This document shows, in pieces, positions 35,281 to 46,509 of a DNA stretch of 64,000 nucleotides. The stretch is from Mobula hypostoma (Eukaryota), in contig NC_086108.1 in NCBI RefSeq assembly GCF_963921235.1, positions 59,398,001 to 59,462,000 of the forward strand. The letters run 5' to 3'. A program made the translations under genes and the position numbers. Every line of letters starts with the position of its first letter. The first letter of the stretch is position 1. Below the pieces are notes generated by a model. The model had not been told where the DNA came from. It was given only the letters and a program-made list of their open reading frames with translations, and ran no database searches.

Positions 35281-37429
35281 TTATGTTTCATATTTTGTTT
35301 GAAAACTGGATGAACAGAATTCTAGACCTCTTTCTTTAATTCTGTCCCCCTTCTTTCATCATGTCACTGTTACCTGCACTTCAATCGGTAATATTCTTGG
35401 CTCAGGATTTCCCTCCATAGCTTGTCCATTCATGTTCCTCACAACCTTAAAGAATGTACCAAAGCCCACCTTTTTGACCACGTTTTCATTGATCCTTGAT
35501 ACCTGCTTTATCATTTCATCATCCACTTTTCTCCCTACGCTTGTGATGCACCTGAGAATTTTCTATGAAAATGCAGCATAAATGGGGGGGGGGGGGGAGT
35601 TGATGGGAATGTGGGGAGAATAAAATGGGATTAGTGTTGGATTATCGTAATGCAAAATGCAAAAGGCTCCTTTCCATGTTCTAAGACTGAATATTTCCCC
35701 TGTTCTCAAAACAAGCTAACTCAAATTTCGAAACACATATCCACATATATTGAATGCTAACTATAGAATGCAACTGCAAGAACAAAATCACTATTAAATT
35801 TCGTGTATTGTTTGTTAGTATGTAGTTAGTGGGCTCCAGCAATATTATTGCATAAAGCCATTCAGTGTAAAATTACGTTTGCACCATAAAGATCTGACCA
35901 AGAGAAACATATAATAATAATAACGCGTTTTAAACGAGAATCCTGAGAGAAAGAAAACAACACCACTACAGAATGCAGTCAAAATTTGGAATGACAGAAA
36001 AGACTGTGTTTCAAGTAAAATTAAGAAATGGCTAAACAACAGCTACTGATGCTCAATAAATTCTCAATAACTGTGCACATTAGAGTGAGTGAAATCTCTC
36101 CTGCGTTTTCACTTAGTTACATAGCAATACTTTGTTTCCCCGTTCATTTGAGGTGCGACAATCTCGAAGTGGAAAGACATCAGTGCCACCTCTCTGATTG
36201 GCCAAAAGGAGGTGCACTACTCCAGCACCGAACTGGTCCCACCAATTATTCTTCCCCGAGGATTATATTCTTGTATGTTCTATCTCATACTCAAACAAAA
36301 GTTGATAAAATCCAATCACTGAACATCAGAAAATTCAAGTAACTGAGATCTTCACTCGGTTCTTGAAATATTTATTTCTGCTGCTGATAATTACACCTCC
36401 TAGACAATTAACATTTTTAACGTTGGGCTCATTATTTGATTATGAAATGAAGATTTACCTGAAAGTTTCATCATTTTAAAAACGGTTAGATTACAGATTT
36501 TTACTCTGCTAATCAATTAGACATCTGTAAAGTAGTTACAGCAATGAGTTTAGAGATGTATAAAAATACATTTCGCCCAATTTCACGCATTGAATAGAAA
36601 ATTTCTCATTCCTTGTCCGACATGGTACCAACATATGGTTTGATTCTACCGCATGCATGCAAAGCTACGCTACTTCTAAAGTTATCAACAACGCCTTACA
36701 TATTCTGAAGAAAATAAAAGATTTTCTTCTCTCTGCTATGGAAGTAAAATAATGGACAGTATATGCGTCAGGATAATTGCACTTTAATAACATAACATCT
36801 GTTTTCATTTATTTTAGGCTGTAAGTAGGGTGGTAAATAAAAAGGTGTGGCATATTGAAGTCTGGTAAATTTAAAAACAAACTCCTACAGGTTAACCATT
36901 AATACATCTATACTGTTGCAGTATTGCTGCAAATTAAACAATATACGATTCCAGTGACGGTATGTTTCATTCTGAGGATAGTGTCGGTATTTTTCATTTA
37001 ATTTTATCAATATAAAAACCCAGCAACTCATGAATGCCACGGGCACAAATAAATTGCGACGAATTCAATTCTTCCCAGTGAGAAACAGAAACGCAACGTC
37101 AGGCTGAGGTGTAGATTCGCTGCACAATGCAGTGCTTTGCTTGGCACAGAGCGTTCGCAGTGTACGGACACACACAGTTTTTGCACCCACTCCCAACTAT
37201 ACCCTCTGGGAACTATTAAAACGCACAGTTGTACAACAGGGAATATACCAGACTGGTCAACCATGAGCAACTTGAAACATTCGCCCAACAACCACATTGA
37301 CAGCACAGATGTTCATCATTACGTCTAAGAGAAAAAAATAAAGCGGAACAAGAATGTAAACAATAATGTTTTCCTCCCCCACCCTCCACGCCACAGGATG
37401 TCTGTCGCAGGTTGCTGTTGCACCCCTAC

Positions 37430-37605
37430 CTGAGGATGGCCGTGTCTCCCTGTCGCACCACGACGTTGTCCTCAGCTGGCCAGGGGAAATCCACGCTTTG
37501 AGCTGCTGCCGGGAGGCAAGTGGTCAGCAAGCAGCACAGACTCAGCATCAGAGCCGCTAGCCACTGGCCGGCAGAGCACGGGGAGGCATCCTGCAGGCTG
37601 TCCAT
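37430..37605 (-). CDS. NEGR1: NEGR1 (neuronal growth regulator 1, IgLON family), first coding exon: signal peptide and start of Ig domain 1
   Basis: Manual translation from the ATG at 37605 gives MDSLQDASPCSAGQWLAALMLSLCCLLTTCLPAAAQSVDFPWPAEDNVVVRQGDTAIL(R). This closely resembles the NEGR1 N-terminus as I recall it (QWLAAVLLSLCCLL..QSVDFPW..DNMMVRKGDTAVLR). The exon has 176 coding nt and ends at a phase-2 donor AG|GTAGGG (GT at 37429-37428), in CpG-rich context. Read-through hits TAG immediately (59 aa), so it is absent from the ORF track. Confidence 0.95.
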
Positions 37606-37827
37606 TGCTTCTGTTCTCCAACCTCCCTTTTCTCACAGAAAATCTCTCAAAGCCCTTTACTGTTTTTATGTTCTGTCTTCCCCCCACTGTCTCCTCCTCT
37701 TTCTGCCAAGGGAAGGGAGTTTTGCGCTGTCGCTGCCTGACTCTAAAGTACGAGCTCTTTATTCTCCGGCGGCTTCCACATCATCTACGGACGAACTGCT
37801 GTAAAATGCGTCTGTGTGTATGTATGT

Positions 37828-37931
37828 GGGAGAGAGAGAGCGAGAGAGAGAGAGAGAGAGAGAAAGGGAGGGGGAGAGGGAGGGAGGGAGGGAAAGGGAG
37901 AGGGAGGGAGAGAGGGAGGGAGGGAGGGAGA
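37828..37931. repeat. (GA)n/(GGGA)n polypurine tract upstream of the NEGR1 ATG
   Basis: About 100 nt of purines on the + strand, interrupted by a single C at 37841. Confidence 0.95.
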
Positions 37932-37970
37932 CAGCAGCCAGCCCCAGGCTCTGATCCAGTTGCCATGGCC

Positions 37971-37984
37971 GTTGCCCAGGCAAC
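37971..37984. promoter_or_regulatory. RFX X-box motif
   Basis: GTTGCCCAGGCAAC has palindromic GTTGCC/GGCAAC half-sites. A partial second site, GTTGCCATGGCC, lies directly beside it at 37959-37970. Confidence 0.6.
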
Positions 37985-39139
37985 ATGTCCGACTGACTGG
38001 GAGCATCGAGCATTAAAGGTATTACTGAATTTCACCCATCAGCATTGGCATGACAACTAATAAACGCTGAAATAGTAGTTAAATAAATAAATGCACTAAT
38101 TGATGCACAGAAAAGCTTAATATCGAAGTCACAATAAATTTCAAATCATTCGTGAAAAAGATAGTTATTTTGCAAGGAAATGATTCAGAACTCTATATAA
38201 TTCCAACTTTTATTGTTTTCTTGATGAATCTTGCTAAGTGAAGAAAGGCTTTACTCCTCACCTTATATCCTGGCTTATATAATGCAACTTGCTAAGTTAT
38301 CAAAACCTCTGCAGCAGCTTGTGCTCCGGATAAAAAACGTGGAGTTCTCTGAAGTCAGAAAGAAAATGAAGTATAACTCGCCACTCCACAGGATGTTGCA
38401 CTTGAGAGGATGCTAAGGAGACTCATATGTTGCCAATATGAAATGTTTCAGTAATGAGGAAAGACTTCATACGTTGGGTTTGTTTACTTTAGAGTAGAGG
38501 AGGCTGAGAGAAAATCTTATAGAGGTATGCAAAATTATGAGAGGCACAGATAGGATAGACGGAATTTTCCCCCTGTGATGGCAATGAGTTTGCTGACTGC
38601 AAAGTTCTAAACTCAAACAAATATATTAAGCCCTCTCCAACAGAGTTGATTTCAAGTACCCTCATTAAAGGGAGATTATACTGTAAGTATTTACTCTTGA
38701 AAAACTAGTTCACTTCCTGTTTATCCTCCATGCTGAGATTAGCTGCTAATACCCACTATTTGAGTGGTGGGTCCTGTCATCCCTACCAACGAGAAGGAAA
38801 TTTCAGCTAACAAAGCAGTTTAAGCAGATTTCATTTATTTTCAGTGATATATGTTTAAATTTAGATAGAATTCTTAGAGCAAATACATACCATTTCTAAA
38901 ACACAGGAACAATCCCAACAAGTTGCAAACCAACAAACTGTCTGCTGCAGAAATTGAAGGCAGAAGGATGGATTCATGTTCACCCCATGTTTCTGTCATT
39001 CGTCTTGATGTTCTTGGATCATTCTCTGAAAAGCCTGGACTGTTCCCTACATTTATACTGCTATTTTGCCACTTAGGTGACCACACATATGAAATATCCT
39101 TTCAGATGCCTCTCACACAGGTAGTCTAAAACCCACAAT

Positions 39140-40996
39140 TAAGACCATAAAATAAAGGTGCAGAATTAGGCCATTTGGCCCATCAGTCTGCTCCACCGCT
39201 TAATCATGGCTGATCCTTTATTTCCACTTCAGCCCACTCCCCAGCCTTCTCCCTATAACCTTTGAAAACATGGGAAATCAAAACCCATGACTCTTTGCCT
39301 TAAATACACTCAATGATCTGGCCTCCGCAGCTACCTGTGGAAACAAATACCACAAATTCACCACCCTCTGGTTAAAGAAATTCCTCCGCACCTCCATTTT
39401 AAATGAATACTGTTCTATCCTGAGGCTGTGGCCTCATGTCCTAGACTCCCCCACCATGGGAAACATCCTTTCCACATCCACTCTGTCTAGGCCTTTCAAC
39501 ATTTGAAAGGTTTCAATGCGATCTCCCCTCATCCTTCTAACTTGCAACAAGTACAGACCCAGAGCCATCAAACGTTCCTTGTATGATAACCCTTTCATTC
39601 CCGGAATCATCCTTGTGAACCTCCTAAGAACCCTCACCAATGCTGGCACATCTTTTTTTTTAGCTAAGGAGCCCAAAATTGTTTACAATATTCAAGGTGA
39701 GGCCTCACCAGTGCCCTTTAAACCTCAGCATCACATCCCTGCTCTTATATTCTAGACCTTTTCAAATGAATACTAACATTGCATTTGCCTTCCTCACCAT
39801 TGACTCAACCTGCAAGTTAAACTTTAAGGTGTTCTGCATAAGAACTCCCAAGACCTTTTGTATCTCAAATTTTTGAATTTTCTCCCCACTTAGAAAATAG
39901 TCTGTGTATTGATTTCTTCTACCAGAGTGTATTTTACAACATTGTTTTTCATTTGCCACTTTCTTGCCCATTCTCCCAATCTGTCTAAGATGTTCTGCAG
40001 CCTACCTGTTTCCTCAAAACTAATGGCCCCTTCACCAATCTTTGTATCATCAGCAAACTTAGCAACAAAGCTATCTATTCCATCATCCAAATCAGTGATA
40101 TACAGTTTAAAAAGAAGTGGTCGCAACACTGACCCCCATGGAACATCACTAGTCACCGGCAGCCAACTAGAAAATGATCCTTTTATTTCCACTCACTGCC
40201 TCCTACCAATCAGCCAATGCTCTAACCATGCTAATAAATTCCCTGTAATACCATGGGCTCTTAACTTGGTAAGCAGCCTCATGTGTGGCACCTTGTCAAA
40301 GGTCTTCTGAAAATCTAAATGTACAATATCCACTGTATTCCCTTTATCATGTAATCTTCTCAAAGAATTCCAACAGATTTATCAGGCAAAATTCTCCCTT
40401 AAGGAAACCATGCTGACTTTGCCCTATCTTATCTTGTGTCACCAAGTACTCCATAACCTCATCCTTAACAATTGACTCCAACAACTTCCCAACTACTGAA
40501 ATCAATCTAACAAGTCTATAATTTCCTTTCTGCTGCCTCCCTTCTTTCTTAAAGAGTGGAGTGATATTTGCAATTTTTCAGTCCTCTGGCACCATGCCAG
40601 AGTCCAATGATTCTTGAAAGATCATTACTAATGCCTCCACAATCTCTAACACTACCTCTTTCAGAACCCTAGGGGGCAGTTCATCTGGCCTGGGTGGCTT
40701 ATGTATCTTTAGGTCTTCTCAGCTTTTTGTGCACCTTCTCCCTTGTAATAGTAGCTGCACTCACTTCTCTTCCCTCACACCCTTCAACACCTGGCATGCT
40801 GCGAGCATCTTCCACTGTGAAGACTGTTGCAAAATACTCATTTGGTTCATCTGGCATCTCCTTGTCCCCTGTTATTATTTCTCCAGCCTCATTTTTTAGC
40901 AGTCCTATATCCACCTTCATTTCTCTTTTTTTTTAATATACTTGTAAATGCTTTTTCTATCCACCTTGATATTTTTTGCTAGCTTGCTTTCATATA
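39140..40996 (-). mobile_element. CR1 LINE RT remnant
   Basis: ORF pieces KFADDTK, DVPWGSVL and RFTRMIPG, with a CR1 3' tail at ~39140. Confidence 0.9.
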
Positions 40997-41789
40997 TACC
41001 AAGACATCTGGCTGTCTCCCCCCCCCCACCCCCCCGAAATGCTACGTTGCGAAGCTGATTCTTTGAGTACACAACTCTTTCAATTATTAATACATCAGCT
41101 ATTTTATGTGCTAAGTATTATATCAATCTCATCAGCAAGCCAATTAACATAACCCCATTGTCTTACACTGCATCTCTTGAACAATAAGCCCAGGTGCTCT
41201 GGGCCAGCAATCTGCTTTATAGACAGTGCTTGTTTGCAAATCTGTTCTATTGAACTTCAAACTGATTATCGCTGACTATTTGCATTAAGAACTGAAGACA
41301 GGCTCCTATTTATGACAAGAAACTTAACAAATAATATTGGTTGGAAGATTAACTCACTCAAAACAACACTTTAATCTCTAGAAGTGTCAGGTGATGTGTT
41401 TAGAAAGCTGAACTCAGCTGAAAAGCAAGCCTCCTTGCCCTGGACAGTGAATATCCAACACACCCCACAGTAGATACATCCTAGACCAAAGTACATAGGT
41501 TTAAGATGAGGAGTAGGAGGGTTAAAGTGGATATGAGAGGGTGATTTGAATCTGGAACATGAGAAACTGGCAGTGGTAGATACTGTCATGGTAACTGAAT
41601 TGCCATGGTTTAGTGGGCTACGTGCCATGGTCTAGGGAATTGAAGTAATATAGATAAATTAATGATCAACATGGACTCATTACACTATTTTGTAACTATG
41701 ACTCTATGATTCTAATAAGTAATATTATATATTGTTTGACTGAAATATCACCATTACATGAGATAGCTAATGTAGCAGGTAGAAATGCA

Positions 41790-42243
41790 AGAGACTACAG
41801 AGTTGTGGGCACTGCTCAGAGACCATGGAAACCAACCTCTCCTCCTTGGTCTCTGTCCATGCAGTATGTCTTGTTGCGTCAGTAAAGCAACTAGCATAAT
41901 CAAAGACCCCACCTACCCTGAACATTCTCTTTCCTCCCCTCTCCCATCGGGTAGAAGATACAACAGCCTGAAATCACAGACCCACCTGGGTCAAGGACAG
42001 TTTCTACCCATTATTGAATTATTCCCTATTAAAAGATGGACTCTTAACCTCACAGTCTACCTCATAATGATTGCGCACTTATTGTCTACCTGCAGATTCT
42101 CTTTTGCTGTTACACTTTATTGTGCATTCTATTATTCTTTTGCCTTGTACTTCCTCAGTGCATTGTCTAGTGAATTGATCTGTATGAACAGAATGCAAGA
42201 CAATGGTACATGTGAAAATAATAAACCAATTCTAATTCCAATT
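41790..42243 (+). mobile_element. Rex1/Babar 3' fragment
   Basis: IIKDPTYPEHSLSSPLPSGRRY motif and AATAAACCAATT tail. Confidence 0.8.
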
Positions 42244-42245
42244 TA

Positions 42246-42561
42246 CGAGGGGTGATTGATAAGTTTGTGGCCTAAGGTAGAAGGAGATGAGTTATTAACT
42301 TCAAACTTCAAACTTCAGACTTTCTGCATAATCACTCTTGTTACATGCATGAAGCCACAAACTTATCAATCACCACCCCTGCTTTGGACCACTTTCTGGA
42401 GGTCCAAGACGCCAACTTCTACTAAGAAGTGATCTGTATGCACCACGAGCGTTAGACTAAGCATGCAAATGAAGGACGAGACTTGTTGAAAAATAAATAT
42501 GCTAGGTTTTCTAAAATTGACCCCTTCTACCTTAAGCCACAAACTTATCAACTACCCCTCA
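42246..42561. mobile_element. Mariner-type MITE with TA TSD
   Basis: TA|CGAGGGGTGATTGATAAGTTTGTGGC ... GCCACAAACTTATCAACTACCCCTCA|TA. Confidence 0.85.
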
Positions 42562-43399
42562 TAAAATACATTGTATAAGATTGGATATAGTTAAAAGGCA
42601 TTTGTTCGATGTATTTCACAAAGCACTTTGCCAAATTTGGGAAAGATCTTGTGCAATTATCCTCCTGTGGAACCCATAACAATCACTGCTACAATGGTAT
42701 TAGAAACAACTGTCCTAGTACTGAAGAAAAAGAAGATAATAGTATGAAAGTCCATGTATCTCCTAATATTGGCAGTTAGTGAATGTTATTTTCAAATTTA
42801 TAAAAAACTGGCTGAGGAACAGCCCATCACCACAAGTCACCACAAAAGCAATAATACCTCAGTTTAAACTTGCTATGTCTCATCCAATACTGTATATCTT
42901 AGTGTTAACAGGAAACTACAATAGAAGGCTAGTTTTAAGCTAGATATATGCCTCCAATTTACCCAATTTATCTACTTGGCCACCAAAGTTATTTTGGTAT
43001 TTTCTTGGAGATCATGACCCTTCATGAGGCATTCTGAGGGATAAGGTATATTTATAATTGTAAAGGCAGGGCTTGAGTAGGGGTAATCAGCATAGCTTTG
43101 TGTATGGAAATCTTGTCTTACAATTTGACTGAGTTTCTTTTTTGATGAAGAATATGGATTTAATTAAGGTATTTGATACTTTATCTGCATAGTAGGCCTC
43201 TCTGGAAGGTTAGATTGCATAGCATTCACAGAGAGCTAGAAAACTGTAGATAAAATTCACAGGATGGTGGGAAACAAAAGGTGATGGTGGAGGGACATTC
43301 CCCAGAATAAATGTGTGTTACTATTGGTATATTCCAGGGATTGTTGCTGGGCCTATTATTATGTGTTATCTATATTAACCATTTGGATGAGAATCCAAA

Positions 43400-45388
43400 A
43401 CGTTATGGGAAAAATAAGATGGCAGTAACAGTGGTGAGGACCACATAGATATAGTCAAGGGAGGAAGTTGAGTGTTGACAGGTTTGCTTTGAATTGGTGG
43501 ACTGGACCATATTCAGTGATTCAATTCCGAAATGAATATGCCTTGGCTATCACCAACTTCATTTAAGACCTGTGTGGATGAATGTGTACCTTTGAAAACA
43601 TACCAAGTTTTCCCAGTCCAGAACTCCTGGATGAACCAGATTTGCGGTTTGCTGAGGGCTGGATCTGTGTCATTCAAGACCAGTGATCTAAAGCCCTACA
43701 AGGAGCCCAGGTACAACCTATTCTGAGATCTCAAAGGCAATTCTGTGTAAAGATTAAAGCACAACTAGATACATGAAAGCTGTGGCAGAATTGAATGCCA
43801 TTTCTTTTTATAAATCAAAATCAAACAGCATAATAGCAGTGGTGTTTCACTCCCCAATGAGTTCAACACCTTTTATGCATGACTTGAATGGAAGAATAAC
43901 ACTACAATTGTGCAAATCGCACAGCATCTGGTGACCTTGCGATCTCTTTTTCAGAGACTGATGTCAGAACATCTTTCAAGAAGGTGAATCCTCACAAGGT
44001 GTCAGGCGATAATGGTTTTTCTTGGCAGGGTGGTGAAAACCTGTGCCAACCAACTGGCTGGAGTATTCAAGGAAAATTTCAACATCTCACTGCTGCGGCC
44101 TGACATTCCAATCTGCTTCAAAAGAGCAAGAATCGTACCAGTCAGAGCCCAAGAAGAGCAGATGAGTTGTCTCAACAACTATTTCCTGGTAGCACTCATA
44201 TCTACCGAGATGAAGTGCTTTGATAGGATGGTTATGGCTTGAATTAACTCCTGCCTGAACAAGGACCTAGGTCCTTTGCAGTTTGCCTGCTGCCACAACA
44301 GGTCTAAACTGGATGCTCTTCACTTGGCAGTGGAGCGTGACAACAACATCAAAACATAGGTCGGGCTGCTGTTTATTGACGACAGCTCTTCATTAAATAC
44401 CATCACCCCTTCAGTACTAATCAACAAGCTTAAAAACATGGGCCTCTGTACCCCACCCACCCCCCAATGCATCTGGATTTTTGACTTCATCATAGTAAAA
44501 TCACAGTCTGTGCGGATGAGTAGCAGCATCTCCTCCATGCTGTAAATCAACACAGGCTCACCTCAAGGATGCCTGCTTAGACCAATACTCTACTCTCTAC
44601 ACTCATGAGCAGGTGGCTAGGAACAACTCAAACATGATCTATAAATTTGCTGGCAGACTCTTAGGTGGTGATGAGGAGGTGTAAAGAAGTGAGATATATC
44701 AGCTGGTTGAGTGGTATTACCACAAAAATTTTGCATACAACATCGGCAAGACCAAGGAATTGACTGCGAATGTCAGGGAAGGAAGTCAGGAAATTATTGA
44801 GGGGTTAGTGGTGGAAAGGGTAAGCAACTGCAAGCTCCTGGGTGTCAACATCTCAGCAGATCTGTCCTGGGCCAAGAACATTGATGTAATCATGAAGAAG
44901 GCACACCAGCAGTTGGTTTTCATTTGGAATTTCAGGAGATTTGGTATGTCACCAACGACTCTTACAAATTTCTACAGATGTATGGTGGAGAGCGTTCTGA
45001 CTGATTGCAACATGTTCAGGAGGATCCGATGCTCAGGACTAAAAGGAGTGCTCAGGGTTGTAGACTGAGCTAATTCTATCATGGAGGACAACTTCAAGAG
45101 GCAGTACTTCAAGAATGCACCATTCATCATTATGGATCTCATCATCCAGGACATGACCCTCTTCTTATTACTACCATCAGGAATGAGGCATAAAAGCCTG
45201 AAGACCTACACTCATCGACTTAGGAACATCCTTTTCCCCTCTGCCATTAGATTTCTGAATAGTCTATGAACCCATGAGCACCACCTCATTATTTCTCCTT
45301 TGCAATTTTATGCCTTGAACTGTACTGTTGCTGAAAACAAATTCCACAACACTTATCAGTGATAATGAATCTGAATTTGATTCTGAAT
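43400..45388 (+). mobile_element. Rex1/Babar LINE, long decayed RT
   Basis: Motifs CANQLAGVF, ALISTEMKCF and FYRCMVESVLT, with a GATTCTGA tail. Confidence 0.85.
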
Positions 45389-45808
45389 ATATGAAGACTG
45401 AAGTAGGTCTGCTGATGGCAGGTGGAGTCATGGACAGTGAAAACAAGTATCTAGAATTGCAGCAAGATCTTGATCGCTGGGTAGGTAGGATAAGGAATGT
45501 CAAAAGGAATTTAATTCTGTTAAGTTGAAGTGTAACGTTTTGAAAGGTCAAATCAGAGTAGGAATTTTAGATTGAACAGAAGGTACTGTTGTAGGACAGA
45601 GGGACCTAGATCTCCAAGTTCATTGTTCCATTAAAATGGAATCACAGGACAGTGAAGAAGACTTTTGCAAGTGAGCCTTTATCAGTCAGGGCATTGCATA
45701 TAGAAGTTGGTAGGTCAAGTTGCAATTGTATATGATCTTGGTGAGGCCACACTTGGAGAATTCAATTCCGATTTGGTCACCATTTTATTGGAAAGAAGAG
45801 CTTAAGTA

Positions 45809-46095
45809 GGGCAGCACAGTAGTGTAGTGGTTAGCACAAGCTTTACAGTGCCAGGGTGACCCGGGTTCATTTCCCACCACTGTCTATAAGAGTTTGTACA
45901 TTCTCCCCATGACTGCATGAGTTTCCTCCGGGTGCTCCGGTTTTCTCCCACGTTGCAAAAACGTACTGATTGGTAAGTTCATTGGTCATTGCAAATTGGC
46001 CCGTGATTAGGCTAGTGCTAAATCATGAGTTATTGGGTGGCACGGCTCAAAATCTGGAAGGGCCTATTCCACACTGTACCTCAATAAAGAAATCA
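45809..46095 (+). mobile_element. HE1/V-SINE-like tRNA-derived SINE
   Basis: A box TAGTGTAGTGG, B-box-like GGTTCATTTCCC, V-domain-like GTTTCCTCCGGGTGCTCCGGTTT and a CR1-like tail. Confidence 0.8.
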
Positions 46096-46509
46096 AAATG
46101 GTGTTAAAAATTACACAGATATTGCTAGGAATCAATGGACTGAGTTATTGGGAGAGGATAGACAGGCTGACCTTTACTCCTTGGAGTGTAGGTGTCTGTG
46201 AGGTGATCTCATAGAGGTATATAAGATTAAGGGGGGAATAGTTAGGGTGGATGGACTTTTTTCCAATGTTTGGGAAGTGAAAACTAAAAGACATAGTTTT
46301 AAGGTTACAGGTGAAAAGTTTACTAAGAACCTGAGGAGCAACTTTATTAACACAGCAGGTGGTAGAACATATGGAACCAACTGCCAGAGGAAATGGTTGA
46401 GGCAGGTACATTAGATACATTTAAAAAGTATGTGGACAAGTATATGTATGATAAGAGAAGGATATAACGTGCTGGGAGATGTGATTAGCTTAAATAATAT
46501 ATATACGAC

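Larger units (their letters stand above)
1..37429 (-). other. NEGR1: NEGR1 intron 1 (partial; exon 2 not seen in window)
   Basis: Lies downstream of the exon-1 donor. I found no CYLEDG/AWLNRS-like exon-2 sequence. IgLON first introns are known to be very long. Confidence 0.8.
37050..38010 (-). promoter_or_regulatory. NEGR1 CpG-rich promoter / 5'UTR / exon-1 region
   Basis: CpG-enriched unique sequence around exon 1. It contains a polypurine tract and an RFX X-box. The TSS cannot be determined from sequence. Confidence 0.7.
43080..46450 (+). mobile_element. Old CR1 split by a Rex1 insertion and a SINE insertion
   Basis: CR1 RT sequence runs to ..TTGGATGAGAAT (43394), resumes at about 45390, and resumes again after 46095. 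Confidence 0.75.

Noticed and set aside
37597..37613. REST/RE1-like site over the NEGR1 start codon (GCTGTCCATTGCTTCTG)
   Set aside because: Only one half-site matches; the spacing and the second half deviate from consensus.
37366..38060. Several ORF-track ORFs around the promoter (ERERE, SLSLS, etc.)
   Set aside because: They are translations of the GA repeat, or antisense and off-frame readings of the real exon.
45809..45880. tRNA genes (also ~52770-52836 and ~53165-53225)
   Set aside because: The A/B boxes continue into SINE bodies and tails, and no complete cloverleaf is present.
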